Positions 26,012 through 39,747 of a stretch of 64,000 nt of DNA are shown piece after piece (position 1 is the stretch's first letter; each line of letters starts with the position of its first letter). The notes below the pieces were generated by a model. It was not told the DNA's origin and did no database searches. It saw nothing but the letters and a program-made list of their open reading frames with translations. Source of the stretch: Octopus sinensis (lineage: Eukaryota); the NCBI RefSeq assembly GCF_006345805.1, contig NC_043005.1:34410001-34474000 (forward strand). Reading direction: 5' to 3'. Position numbers and translations under genes: made by a program.

Positions 26012-26680
26012 TCATCATCATCATCATTTAATGTCCATTTTTCATACTGGCATGGGTTGGCTGGTTTGACAGGAGCCAACATACCAGTAGACAGTGCCAT
26101 GTCCAGTGTCAGATTTGGCATGGTTTCTAACACCAGCTACTTTACAGTGTCTGCTGGGTACTTTTTAAATGGCATCAGCACCAGTGAGATTACCAAGTAA
26201 CTTGCAAGATGAGTCCCCTCAACTACAAGATGAGTGAAGTATTGAGGGAGATGGCTTTATGCTAGGTGATGGAAAGTTAAAAATATATTATACAGGGATG
26301 TACAGGTGTCTTGCTTGTAGGGAGGGGAGATACTTGATAACCCCTATTGAAAAACAGAGGGAAGATGGTGATGAAGATGTATCAAAGCATACCATTAAGT
26401 TGTAGGAAAAGAGATACAGAGAATTGGATAGGGTAAGTGGGTAAGTTAGTAAGTTTGCAAGACTATGTAAGGAGAGGGACAAGTAAATAGAAGGAAATGC
26501 AATGAGTAGTGAACACAAGTGAAGGCATGGTTTCTTGTGAATATCAGTCAGATGGGAAGGTGGAAGAAGGAGGAGTAGGTCTAGGAGCTAATAGGTGGAA
26601 GTACAGATGATGTAAAGTGTGTGGGGATGGGGTGTGAGAGAAATACTCAGTGCTAAGGATGAAATCAGAGGTATGTAAAA
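26012..26680 (-). mobile_element. RTE-tailed repeat with purine-rich body, homolog of 12345-13020
   Basis: (CAT)n tail, catgggttgg, shared gctttatgctagg block, GA-rich tract. Confidence 0.55.
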
Positions 26681-26999
26681 CAATATATGATTTCTAAATA
26701 TATATTAAATATATGTTTCATATACACATGTTTAATAAATATGTATTCAGCATTGCTGTGTAAATGGACTCTGTACTTAAAATATAGTACTCTCTCTTTG
26801 AAGGTTAAATCTATAAATAGCTTGACTAGTTTAATTGATGATCACCATCTCATCGGGAGTGTTTAGTCATTTTCATCTTAGAGAGAGAGCAAGTTGTTTA
26901 TAACATACTACTGAAGAGTGCAATGAGTAACAGGTACTGACTTTATTCATTTGCATATCAGTACATTCACTGTTCTTTATTTCATTCTACAGAGAGAAC

Positions 27000-27720
27000 T
27001 CTGGGATTCAACCATAGGGTCTCATTTTACAGTGACACTAAAATCAGGTTTAACAACTCACAATGAACACAAGATGTCAAGAAGTGAAAAGAAGGCCAAG
27101 AAAATGACTCAGTATTAAAATTCAATATCTAAAACAATAGTAATATGGTTCCACTTCTAGACATAAACATTCAAATTAAAAGTAACAGATACACACACAA
27201 GATACAAGCAAATACATAGACTACATGGAGATACTGAATGCTCACATAACTACAGAATACCAGAGGTAAAATCACTACATAGGAGAGCATTTAAACTCTC
27301 TGCCACATATGTAACACTAGAAAAAGAAATCCACAGAATAAAACAAATCCTACTTAACAAAGGATATTCAAATAAACTAATTGACTAAACTACTGATGAA
27401 TATTGAGAGAAATACAATATAAAAAATATTTTAGACTGTACCCCTTCTAAAAATACGTTAAATACAAAGTATATAAAATGAATCAAATGCATGGCAAGTA
27501 CTGAATAGAAGAAAATAATCAAAAATCTCATAAAGCAAAATATAAAATATCTCACACCAAACCATAAACTGACATTTACAATATATTACACAAGCAATAA
27601 GATCAAAAACCTCCTTATTGATAACACACCATAAGAATGTAAGTCTGAGAACTAGCTACCAACAACCGATGCAATTTATAAATTGATGACAAAAGTAAAA
27701 GTTCAAACTTCATGATTCTG
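27000..27720 (+). mobile_element. Penelope-like element remnant (RT thumb region)
   Basis: Broken frames read LDINIQIK..SLHRRAFKLSATYVTLEKEIHRIKQILLNKGYSNKLID..NQMH, resembling the PLE RA..S..E..RI.QIL.NNGY motif. Confidence 0.7.
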
Positions 27721-28271
27721 TTACATTGGCTGGAAAATTACAATTCATTCTCATATGCTTACTGTGCATTTACAATAAAAAGCAATTGCAACACAATACA
27801 CTTTTCAGCATAAAAGAAAAATAAAACAGATAATACATCATTACTTCATAGAATATTCCACAGATTTGGATGATTGATTACAGAAGCAATACCCATATTG
27901 CAACATAGGGCTATAATTAACACACAAACAACATACACACATCACAAACAAAATGAGCATGTCACCAATGGCATGTAGTTCTAAGTCGAAAATATGAATT
28001 TGATTGCAATAGAACCCTAATGCTTTAATGGTCAATTTCTGGCTGTAAACAAAATTCTGAATAAATGGTCTGCATAACAAAAATCCTCCACTGTAGGAAG
28101 ATACAGTTTAGGAAAGAACACAACTCTATTTCTCTTCAGGTATGGCTGAGAGAGCTTAGAAATGTTGATGAAAATAAATTTGGGAACTTTATTTTACTAA
28201 AAGAATTACAGGGGTCTGATATGCAGATGTGCAAAACCCCAAGTAACAGAAGAAAAGAACATTGTTGTTAT

Positions 28272-28287
28272 CACCACCACCACCACC

Positions 28288-28334
<47 letters not shown>

Positions 28335-28420
28335 TTAATGTCTGTCTTCCATTCTGGCACAAATTGGACAGTTTGACAGGATCCAACAAGCTGGAAGACT
28401 GCATTAAGCTCCAATAACAC
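28272..28420 (-). repeat. (CAC)n(CAT)n microsatellite plus RTE-type 3' tail
   Basis: Trinucleotide run followed by tttaatgtctgtcttccattctggcac, the same tail family as 19089. Confidence 0.8.
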
Positions 28421-28483
28421 ACTCCACTGCCTCAGTACTTTAGCTATTTAATAAGCAAGTATCAAATATCAATTTTATTACAG

Positions 28484-28645
28484 GTGCAAATTTACCTGAA
28501 AAAGCACGTACTCTCAGTATGGGGAAAGAAAGCGTACGGCAAGCAAGTTTAAAAGGTCGGCCAAACCAGGCTACTTTGTTAACTGGTTGTAGTAAAGTAG
28601 CTGCCTGGCTATTAGATTCAGAAGGAATTCACCAGTGCAATAAAG
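28484..28645 (+). CDS. OSBPL6: OSBPL6-like linker exon, 162 nt, phase 1/1
   Basis: Acceptor ttttattacag, donor gtaacc. In frame with the previous exon: SANLPEKARTLSMGKESVRQASLKGRPNQATLLTGCSKVAAWLLDSEGIHQCNK; SKVAAWLxDSE is an ORP6-like motif. Confidence 0.88.
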
Positions 28646-29100
28646 GTAACCCGTAGAATCAATTTCTATTGTGCACCTAAAATATTTCATAAAATTTTAG
28701 TTCCTTGCAATGAAAGAATTGTAGCCATGAAAACAGACTGAAAGCATTATGTTTGTTTTATACCAGCAAAACTGTCATTGATTTTTGAGTTATATCTGTT
28801 TATAAAAAATAGTTTTAAAATATAAAAATTTCATTTTCAAAGTTTATATTTACTACAAAAATTTCTAAATAAATATTTCCCTGGTAATCTTTTATTATAA
28901 ATACTGAGAATTTCTAAATAAATGTCAGCTTTTTTTGTCTCTTCTGACAGAAATGCCCATGTACTAAATTATGGAAATATCAGGCATAGAGTACTAACGA
29001 CCGAGTTATAACCTTCTCTTTTTTAAAATTTTTTGTTAAGCTTTTTTGTGTGTGTTATTGATTTTCCTCTCAAGTAGTACATTTTTTATTCTGTTTTCAG

Positions 29101-29192
29101 AAATGAGTCAAGCACAAAATCATTTATACGAACTAAAAATTATTCTGGAAAAAATGAAAAATCTTCCTTTGGCCACAGATTCTATACTTGGG
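29101..29192 (+). CDS. OSBPL6: OSBPL6-like linker exon, 92 nt, phase 1/0
   Basis: Acceptor ttctgttttcag, donor gtatgt. Translates EMSQAQNHLYELKIILEKMKNLPLATDSILG, an amphipathic helix at the position expected after the SKVAAWL exon. Confidence 0.85.
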
Positions 29193-29630
29193 GTATGTGT
29201 TTATTTTTCTCTTTTATCTTTTAAGGTGATGAGCTAGCAGAATTGTTACCATGGTAAACAAAATGCTTAGTGGCATTTCTTCTGACTACACTCAGAGTTC
29301 AAATTCTGTTGAGGTCAACTCTGTCTTACTCCACCTACCTCCCCTCCCAATGTCAAAAGATATATCAATAAGCAACTGATGGTGCAAGCCTGCTTTGGAT
29401 GCATGTGTAGAGAGAAATCTAAATGTCCTCTCGGGCACAAATGTGATATATCTTCTATTGTTTATGAAGCACTGGTTTCAGTGAATTATGACAATGTTAC
29501 ATTGATTTTGTTGAAGGAAAATTTAAATCCCAATGTAACAACCATCTTTTGAAGTTTAGACATTGTGATGAGAGACACACAACAACCTTTTCAGTTTTAA
29601 TCTGGCAACTTAAAAACAAAAAGACCAGCT

Positions 29631-29673
<43 letters not shown>

Positions 29674-31463
29674 AAAATAAAGAAGGCAGCTATATGCTAT
29701 AGAAAACCAAAAAGGAAAAATTCAGTTGTCCCTAATTGTGACTGATGGTGCAGGGTAGCACCTACATTGCTAGAAATAAGAACTAAAATCCCTTACAGCC
29801 ACAGGAAACACAAGTCTACTCACCGACAAGGGAGATGACCACCCCACAGCAAGCAAAATCACCATACTAGTCTAGTTTCACTTAGAATTAAGCTCAACAG
29901 TGGTGACTACTCCATCATCGGTTGGTTTGGCTAAATCCCAATTATCAGTATATAGTACTTACCACATGAATCAGTGGCTGATCCAATATTTAAATATGTC
30001 TGTGTGTGTAAAAGAGAGGGGTTAGTCAATGATAAATATGAGTTGGGGTGGTGGATAGTAAGAATGAGAGATGGATGTGAATAGGAATTGGCTGAGGGGG
30101 AGTGTCAATTGAATTGATCTCAGCCCATGACTAAAACTTATTTTAACTCTCCAAAGGAATGAAATGCAAAAGATGGCCTTTGTGCAGTTTTGCATCAAAT
30201 GTAGAGGGTTAAAACTAAGTATTGTAAGAGATTCAATTCACTTCTTTGTTTTTCCTATAACTCGGCAGATTTCATGGAACCATCATAAGAAAATATTGTA
30301 CCTCTTACTCACTCAAAAATATTTTACATCTTTTTTCAATGATTTAGTCATGGAGAAGAGACTTTGCTCATGGCTTTTGCAGGTCCCAAAAGGGATGTTT
30401 CATTATTAAACACCTGCAAATTGACAATGCAGAAAATGGGTAGAAGGAGAGAAGATTAAAAATAACTGTTTAATACATGACCTGGAGAGGAAACAGTATG
30501 AATGATGAGACAAATAAGGTACACAGCTAGATAGCTGCAATGAGTAGAAGCCATTGTTGTGATGGTAGAAAAGACAGCAAGAAAACAGTGTATGTGTAAG
30601 TTAAAGGCTAAAATATCTTGGTGTGTGACTCCATACCGATCAGTTTGATAGCTATCTGTAGAATGCAGTCTAAGATGTTTCTCAAATGTAGCAGCAGCAT
30701 CCCTATCAAAGGTATTACTCAGCAATGGATGAGGCAGTTTTCATTGACAGAGCCTTTCCCTTCCCTTCTCCAGAAAACTCTCACCTAGTTTCATACATAA
30801 GGATCACACTTGGTCTTCTCGAAAATTCATGAATCTAAATTCTACACTGTATCCTTAGGCAAAATTCCATTTTTCTGTTTATCCAAGCTAACAAAGCAAT
30901 TATTATGATTATTATAGCATCAAGATTTCTAAAAGATTTTGACAAGAGAAAATATTCACTGACTAAATATAAATCTGTCCTGAGAAAAGAAAAGAAAAAT
31001 GTTTGATTTTAAATGCTGTCTTCTCATTTGTTTCATTTACATTTAAAACTAATTGACTCTTTGAATGTGATTTCTGTTTGTTATGAAGCTTAAAACTATA
31101 TTTTGTAAAGTGTTTGTAGTTTGTATATATTCTTCATGTATGACACTGAAAAATACTTCAAAATGCAAAATCTTGAATATATGGTTCTGTGAGGCATCAT
31201 CAAAGTGTTATAGTTTTGCAGGAAGTTATTTCATTTCAGGTATTTAATTAGTATCATATGGAGCAGTTGAAAATACTTCCAAGGAAAAATTATATAAAAC
31301 GATTTCTTTTCACTATGTAACTAACTATTTGATTAAATTATTTTATCATGTGTCAGTATTGTACATGGAACTTCCAGGTACTTTAATGTATTAGTGAAAA
31401 AGGATTGAGTAGATGTGACTTCAAAATGTAAAAATATCAACATCCTACAAGTGTATTAATGAG

Positions 31464-32428
31464 TATATATATATATATATAAATGAGAATGTCTGTCTGT
31501 GTGTCTGTTTGAATTCCTAAAACTTGAGTACACAACCAATTTCATTCAAATTTTACATATGCCTTACTTAGGGTCCATGTAGTGTCATAGGCCAAAAAAA
31601 CTTTTAACTTCTTGCCTAGTGTTAGCCCACAGCAATATCATATCTTCTCCACTATTTCAGTACTACGTATCAAAAGTGTAACAATAACATCTCTCTATTG
31701 TAATGTCAGATACTTTCACTTTAATAGTTTCACTTTAATACTGAAACTATTAAAATGAAACTATCTCACATATATATACTGACACTTTCATTTCTTCTTA
31801 GCCCTCACGTCACACAGTTGTTAGTGTTTATTTGAGTTGGATCATGCCCTTCCAATTGCTATAGATCCATAATGCATCTTATGGCTGTGCCTGTCACCTA
31901 GATGGTGAGGAATCCTACATTGAGAGTGGTGACGACTAGGGTAGGGTAGCTGACTGCTTATTGGGATCATTCGTCTTTTGGTTTCCTGTAACTTTGCTCT
32001 CTTTTACAAACACAGTGAACATACATATATTTCCTATTTCAAAGAAATTCAAACAATAGATATAAGACCCAAGTTAAAAAGATTCTCAACAATTCAACTT
32101 CTCTGGTTGACATTAAGCCATCCACCCCCAATAGGGAACTTAACTCCCACATTTTAGAGCTCCACGACCTCCATTTTTCAGGAGCAAAATCCTTTTAACA
32201 GGTTCTATAAGACTGGAATTTTGGAATCTGTGCATAAAAATCAGTAGTATGGGATACATGTGTCATAATTACAATTCTTTTTAGGGTGTGTAAAGAGGGA
32301 AAGAACCCTCATCTGCAATTTTGATGAAATTCAAATCATAGGTATTTCAGTTCATTACACAAAATATAACAGAAAAGTCTAATTCTTCAATTGCAAGTAA
32401 CACGGGCAATGCCGGGTATCTCTGCTAG
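31464..32428 (+). mobile_element. Non-autonomous Helitron-like element inserted in (TA)n
   Basis: 5' (TA)n, then aaatgagaat and a (GTCT)-like microsatellite. The 3' end has a GC-rich imperfect hairpin cacgggcaatgccggg, then CTAG (32425-32428) followed by T. Confidence 0.7.
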
Positions 32429-33602
32429 TATATATATATATATGTCTCAAAATAGGAGATAGGAAAAAGTTAAGTTTTGGTATTATTTATTTACCATTAC
32501 ACATGTTTCATTAGCTAATAGGAGTTACAAAATTGTACATGTTGTACATGCTATACCACCTGCATGTACAATTTTGTAACTCCTAATAAGGTCAGAAATT
32601 TTCTCACTCTCCTGTTCTAATATATAATTACTCTACTAAAGTTATTTTCCAGAGTATGTAATTCTTATGCGTACCTCACACAAATATAACATCTATGTAC
32701 AGATTTGGAATACTGGAATAAGCAGACATGCTTCAAGAAGACACAGATTGGATTTTAACCCTATCTACATAATACATATATATATGAAACATTTGATATT
32801 GAAAATTTTGTACTTATTGGCATAATATGAAGGAGTAAATTAGAGTTGTAGATATTAACTATTCTTTATTAAAGAAAATTAAAGAAACATTTATTGTTGA
32901 AGATGTAGAGTTGTCTGTGCTGAAGTTTGATAGCTTAATTTTAAGCACAATATATTCTTAGGAATATATTGACTGACTGTGTTTCAGGCAATCATGTCTG
33001 AAACCTTTAGTCATGACAGACTAGATGACACGTGTGCAGAAAGGTATAATATAGAGACTGATTAATTCATTACCTCATATATAAGCTTTCTATTTACACT
33101 TAAACATTTAATCAATTAACATAATGTCACAGAGCAAACCTGCTTTTACTGAATTCTAATTATGGAGACATAACTTTCATTATGTTGATTATGAATTTAT
33201 GATCTGTTAGATATATCACATAACTCTATAATTTTCATATAAGTGGTAATATAGTGTTAAATTTTCCTTAGTAAGGCATTTTATGAAAGTAAGACCTGTT
33301 TCTGTTTTTGGGCATTGTTTAATGCTTCAGACCCCCAGTTGAGTGTTTCAGTTATAGCCTGTCACTGGCAAATGATTTTTCTGGTTGATTGGAAGGAAAC
33401 AACTGTCAGGAATAGTAAATAGGCTAAGTGCAAGAACATAAAATATATGATAAAAAGAGTTTTATTAACACACCATGAAAACGAAAAGGCTAAAAGCTTT
33501 GACTAAGTATTTTGAAAATATCTGCATATGCAACATGTTTTTGATAACTCTCTGTCATTATTTCTTGTTTGTGGAGTTACAAGAGAACCCTGACAACAAT
33601 TT

Positions 33603-33633
<31 letters not shown>

Positions 33634-34329
33634 ATTTATGTATGCGTATTTTCTTTTATTTCTGACTCCTTTATTAACAATGTGCATTGTGGCAGTGATG
33701 TTGATAAAGACACAAGAGAATTTAGATTAGAAGTGTCTAGGTTCATGACCCCATTCTCTGAATTCAAATTGCGTCTCAATTGTTTCTGGCTTCTATCTGT
33801 TTTCAGTCTATAATATGTATCATTCATATATTGTGAAGAAATTTTATTGACTAAAGAGCTTTGTTACTAAGAAAGAAAATTGTTAATAATGATATCTCAT
33901 TTTGACTCAAGGCCAGAAATTCATAAAAGAAGGATATGGTTGATTGATTCAACCACTGCATATAACTTCTACTTATTCTACATATCCCAAGTAGGGGTCA
34001 GCAAAAGGCTAACTCCACTCCAACAACATATGAACTCAGAGTTTACAGAACATGAACTGAACACCAGAAAGTATTTAGCCCAGTAAATGGCCATTTTTAG
34101 TGGCAAATATGTTTAAAACAAAAATTTGTAAAAGTCTGAAACTATTCTTATATTGGTTAACAACATTCATGTCATATTTGACTTATTTTTTGTAGTATTG
34201 TCTAGCTTATATCCACAAGTTAATTTCTTGGTGAAATGTTGATTTCACAAGGTCACAAAATTGGGGCACAGGTGTACGTAAATAAATCCATTTGTGTATT
34301 TCACTGTGAATTCACTCAATCTATGTATG

Positions 34330-34493
34330 TATATATATGTGTGTTTGTGTGTGTGTATGCATCAATATGTGTATATGTATAAATGTATGTCGTTATATGC
34401 ATATGTTTATATGTATATATACATGTATACTTATATATCTATATATATATATAAAAGTATATATGTATATATATTTATATATATATATAAAAG

Positions 34494-34526
<33 letters not shown>

Positions 34527-34545
34527 ATAATATATATATATTTAT

Positions 34546-34576
<31 letters not shown>

Positions 34577-34735
34577 TATATATTTATATATATATATTTA
34601 TATATATAAAGGTATATATATATGTATATATATTTATATATATAAAAAAGTATATATATATATATAGATAGAGATATATATATACATATATATATATACT
34701 TTTTTATATATATAAATATATATACATATATATAC
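34330..34735. repeat. Complex (TA)n low-complexity tract
   Basis: Direct. Confidence 0.95.
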
Positions 34736-36879
34736 ACTCTCTCTCACTCCTCTCAAGTTACTCATGTGACTCCCATGTGATCATCGGCTATCTTATTTTC
34801 TTTCTCTCTGTTGTAGCTGGAACAAGGAAGATATGTTCTTGCTTGTATCCTGTCCTAGCTTGATTCAAGCGTTTCCCACCACAACCTCATTTAGGCTTAG
34901 CAGCCTTTCATGTTTCTTTTCACTCTCCTGTTCGTGTTATCTATTTTGACCCTCTACAAAATCCCAAATTTGATTTACTTTGTGGGAGCAACTGTTTTAT
35001 AGAAAGTGTGTATTGTTGTTAAATGCTCGAAATGCGAGACTAGAAAAACAGTCAACAACTGATGAAGGGTCGTTCTTTATGTTGTTTGTTTTGTTTTCCA
35101 TTTGTGTCTTCGTACTTGTCACTGGCACAAGTGCCTTTTATATGTCACTGGCACTGGCCACGACTATGATTTCACTTAGCTTGATGCATCTTCTCAAGCT
35201 CAGCAAATCACCAAAAGTATCAGTCACTTGTCGTTGCCTCCATGAGACTGAATTCAAATCTAGCCAAAGTTTTCTAGGATTGATAAAATATTATGACCAA
35301 CCAAGCACTGGGATTGATTTTATTGAATTTGTAGTCTTTTGCCTATGTTAGAAATGATCAGTATTTAATTGTAGAATTTATTTGAAAAATTGAGAAAAAT
35401 ATTTTTTTTAAACATTTATTAACATTTGTGTTACTGAATATTTATTTTTGAATAACTGCATGTATTGTTCTTACATTATTTAATTATATAACTGTATTTC
35501 ACAATACATTTAATTGTCTTGTGTTTTCTTATCTGTTTTGTTATCTAGCATGCATCTGTCTTACCCCTTGATACTCATTAACAAATCTTCATTGCTTCAA
35601 ATTGATGTATTAATTACATTAACATTTGTGTAAAATGTTTTAATTTTTGCTCATATAACAAAGATTTATAATTAATTGGCACATTTTTATAAAATACATT
35701 AATAAATATTTATTAAATATATAATAATATTACTGATAAAACCAATTTATCTTCCTTAGATAAATTCTAATTATCACCCTTTCTTAAATGGGCTGTATGG
35801 TTACAAAGTCCATTTCACAACTGCCTTTCTCCAAGTTCTATCCCATGCACAATACCTTAGGCCAATGTCTTTTATCATAGTCTTGGGTTGACCCAAGCTT
35901 TGTGAGAGATTCAGTTGACAGAAACTGTATAGAAGATCATCACATGGACTGTTCTTGTTATTGTGTTGGAGACTTAATTACCATGACTGTCACATGTTAC
36001 AAATATTCAGTTCAAGTCTTCAACCTGCTGACAACTTCTTTCTTCCCAATAATTTCAGAGGTTCCTCATAATGGTGATCATTGCTCACCATCTTGTTCTC
36101 ACTGTTACATTAAAAGAAAAGAATTGTAAATACTTATAAACTCTATTTTTATACACCAAAGCAGTAATTTTATCTCAACAAATTATTATCTTAGATATGT
36201 TTTAAATATAAAAAAATCACAATTTCAAAATGGATAAGTATTTAAGAAAAAAAAATGTAGGACATTAGTATTTCTAGTAATTTCTTGTACTGAAGTTTGG
36301 ATTATCTTATTAATTAAAAGCAATTATGAACTAATAGATAAAGAACCTATTGAAAGCCTGTTGCTGGTGCTTGACTCCAGGTCAGCCCTGATTGGGCAGA
36401 TCTATGACTAACAGGAACTGAAGTTATGCCAAACAGAAATTATTTTGTGAAATTAGACATACTAAATTTCCCAAGCGTTTATTAAAAGTTATCAGAATTT
36501 GTAATTGTTTATGAAAAATCATTAACACAAGTTGTTATTATGTAGACTTGGGTTAACTCTAATCAAACAGTCAGTGTGAAAGGTGAGGTATGGCCCTTAT
36601 TTTACTGTTCCAGGTATACTATACCTCCACCTAGTTAGACCTGTATTAATTACTCCATCATACAGTGGTTAATTATATGGCTTACAGTGTTGTAGTCTTG
36701 ACATGTTGGACTCTCTTCATTTAAGTTTTAATTTGGGGCTCCTACTTAAGCATTGCATAAATCTAATGGCTTTTAACACCTATTTGTTCTCTGCATTCTC
36801 CATTATCTTGCAATTGTTCTGTTGCCTCTTCTAACACTAACCTCAGCCTGTCCTTATTTTCTTCCCATTTCTTAAACAG

Positions 36880-36996
36880 TGGGATGATTTAAATTTGTCT
36901 GATAAAAAGAAATCTCGCCGTGCCGTGAGCTCCCGCTTTAACAAACTGAAGGAAAAGGGAAGTGCAGCATCTAGTCCTCAGCATAATAGAAGTTAT
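36880..36996 (+). CDS. OSBPL6: Probable next OSBPL6-like exon, 117 nt, phase 0/0
   Basis: Pyrimidine-rich acceptor ending cttaaacag, donor gtaagt. Open frame WDDLNLSDKKKSRRAVSSRFNKLKEKGSAASSPQHNRSY is phase-compatible. Supported by splice signals and position; sequence similarity is weak. Confidence 0.72.
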
Positions 36997-38125
36997 GTAA
37001 GTGTCTCCTTGCTGCTTTCATTCTCCATACATCACTTATTATGATCCACTTTTTGTTGACATATATTAAAAACTTCATTGCAATTAATATTTTCTATATA
37101 TTTTACCATTCACCTATCCAATGCTTTACACAAACTTCATTCACTGTAAACATGCTACTTAACTTTTTATAACATTTTACCACAAATGTTTCTCACAAAA
37201 ATGTTTTTAGAAAAAATTCCCTTGTTACACTTAAGACTTCCTATATTTTGATATGATCTTTTTTTTTTCATTTTTTGAAAACCAGTTTATCATACATTTT
37301 CCCCTTTTTTTCCTATTTTTAGTTTTATTGTGCATCTAATTATTGAATTAGCAAAATGTTGATTTTTTTTTTCCTTTCTTTAAATCAAGAAATGAATTAA
37401 ATCACTTATGGCACTCTTGTAATATTCTAACATAGAGCATCCAAGATTGTTTTTGTGTCTTGTTTTCCTCCCTCCTATTCCTTTTTCTCACACACAAACA
37501 TTTATCAGTATTAATGATTATTGTGAAGTTTATTTCAGTAAATTCCAGTTGGCTAGGCACTCAAATTGACAATGATAACAGAATAGTGAAATATTATTTA
37601 GGACATTTAATCCTTATTCCATAATTAATGGTTATTTTCAAAATTTATATATATTTATTATCCGTAAGAAATACATGGTAACATTAAATCTTTTCTATTT
37701 AAAACATAGGAATTATCACATCCTTCGAAAATCTTAATCCTATTTTATTTTTATTGCTTACTGTTCTTAATCTCTGATTGATTTTTTTAAAAAACATTTG
37801 CATTGTGTCCACTTGTAAAATTCCTAATGGTATTTTAGACAAGCTTTAGAAATATTTAACATTGTAAAAAATTTTTCAAAAATCTTATTTTACTCATAAA
37901 TTTGTTGGTTCAACTTAAGCTTTTTTTCAATCTCATAGACTATGTGTCTAGATTTAGAAACTATTATAATCACATGTTGAGAGATTACAAAAAATGTGTG
38001 TATTTCTGGGTGTTCATTCATAGGAATAAGGCTTACAGATATAAAATAATGTACTCAAGACATCAGAAAGTAGTGCATTGTCTTTGCAAGGTGAATTTTG
38101 CTTCTAAGAAACTTATCTTTGAATT

Positions 38126-38530
38126 GTGGCTGTGTGGTAAGAAGTTTGCTTCTCAACCACATGGTTCTGGGTTCAGTCTCACTGTGTGGTACCTTGAGCA
38201 AGTGATTTCTATTATAGCCTTTGGCCGACCAAAGCCTTGTGAGTGGATTTGGTAAATGGAAACTGAAAGAACCTACAAGTTGACCCAAATATATATATAT
38301 GTATATATTTATGTATATATCTATATGTGTGTGTGTGTGTATGTGTATCTGTGTTTACTTCCCCACCACCACTTGACAACTGGTATTGGTGTGTTTATGT
38401 CCCTATAACTTAATAGTTCAGCAAAAGAGACAAGTAGGAATCCTGAGGTTGATTTCTTCGATTAAAACTTTTCATGGTGGTATCCCAGCATGGCCACAGT
38501 CAAATAACTGAAACAAGTAAAAGATAAAAT
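38126..38530 (+). mobile_element. tRNA-derived SINE with internal (TA)/(TG) microsatellite
   Basis: Head gtggctgtgtggtaagaagtttgct..gggttcagtc (A/B-box-like). Body partly repeated at 45655-45870; head at 43812. Confidence 0.82.
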
Positions 38531-38799
38531 ATACCCTTACATACACACACATTCAGGTTTTCCCAGATAAAGCCAAGGCTTTGAGACTTAGTCTTTTCAC
38601 CTTAATGTTTAAACCCAGCACAACGTAGATAAAATCAGCTACTTTAGTGTTTTTTATATGATATAGTTATGTTGTGGGATTTTTTTAGTGATGATAGCTT
38701 ACTGAGATGAATGGTAGTGTGTTATGTATATATTAAAACATTGCTATTGTTGTTGTTGTTGTTGATGATGATGATGATGAAGGGGTGGGTGAGCCTACT

Positions 38800-39550
38800 T
38801 CACTGAGTTTATGACCTGGCTTGGTTCAGCTTTTCTTGAATATGTTTTTGCCATTTTTATTGAATTTTCATGCTTACATTTCTTTGATGTGGGTTTTGTT
38901 TTGAGTCCATTTGGAGTAGTTGACACCTCTATCATGATCCATCCTACAGGTTGACCCACATGCAAGTGTGAGACTGAGAACCAGACTCTGCCAATTTTTA
39001 AGTGTGGAGAGTCATTATAAATTTTTTAGGCATTAATTTGACATTGTCATGAAACATTGTTGTACCAGTGTCTTGATATACCATGGCACTGGTTCAGCAA
39101 TGTGTTTATGACAACTATATAGCCTTCAGTTGTTTGTCCTCTATATCAGCCATCTGTAGTTCTTGATGTGAATATTTCAAATTAGAATTGTATCTCTAAA
39201 ATACTCTGTTCTATTCTAAATGGTACAGCATAATTAGTAAGGTATAATTAGTACAGATAATAAGAAAGGAGTTATTAATACAGAATAATTATGTTTTTGA
39301 TTCTTCCATTTCTTTTCTGTGCAAGTTTCTCTTAACATCTTTTTTATATTTCTATTTAATCTTGTCCAAATTCTTGGGCTTGGTAGATGATAAACTTTTG
39401 TCTCTTTTTAATATTTTTCTGTTAATATTCTGGTAAATTAGTGTATTTCATTCATTGCTCTAAACATGATCTGCTTTCTTTATGAACAGTTAGGATTTTT
39501 GCTACCTTATTTGGATCATGTTCTACACTGGTTTGCATCCAACTGATATT
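38800..39550 (-). mobile_element. Possible highly degenerate Penelope-like remnant
   Basis: Weak by-eye hints only (RAMNEIH, YRGQT resembling the GIY-YIG YIGQT); many stops. Confidence 0.3.
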
Positions 39551-39707
39551 AAACACAAATAAAACCAAGATATTCTTGTTTGTTTTGCATCATAATATAA
39601 ATGCAATGCAAATATCTGCAAGAAATATATTTGGATCTCTGATTTTTATATATAGTCTTTGATGTTTCTATGTGCTGAATTGTGTCAAAATTGAATTCTT
39701 GATGATG

Positions 39708-39744
<37 letters not shown>

Positions 39745-39747
39745 TAA

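Noticed and set aside
27385-27415. ctgatga..gaaa inside the Penelope remnant
   Set aside because: No stem II complementarity, and it lies in former coding sequence.
28065-28422. Poly-His and poly-Asp/Gly ORFs
   Set aside because: Translations of a (CAC)n(CAT)n retroelement tail. No splice support; the real exon starts at 28484.
33475-33813. 112-aa ORF between host exons
   Set aside because: Spans a GT microsatellite, has no convincing splice pair and no recognisable motif.
35020-35075. Hammerhead-like cores (cgaaa ... ctgatga)
   Set aside because: No stem III or UH cleavage triplet could be formed, and stem II does not close.
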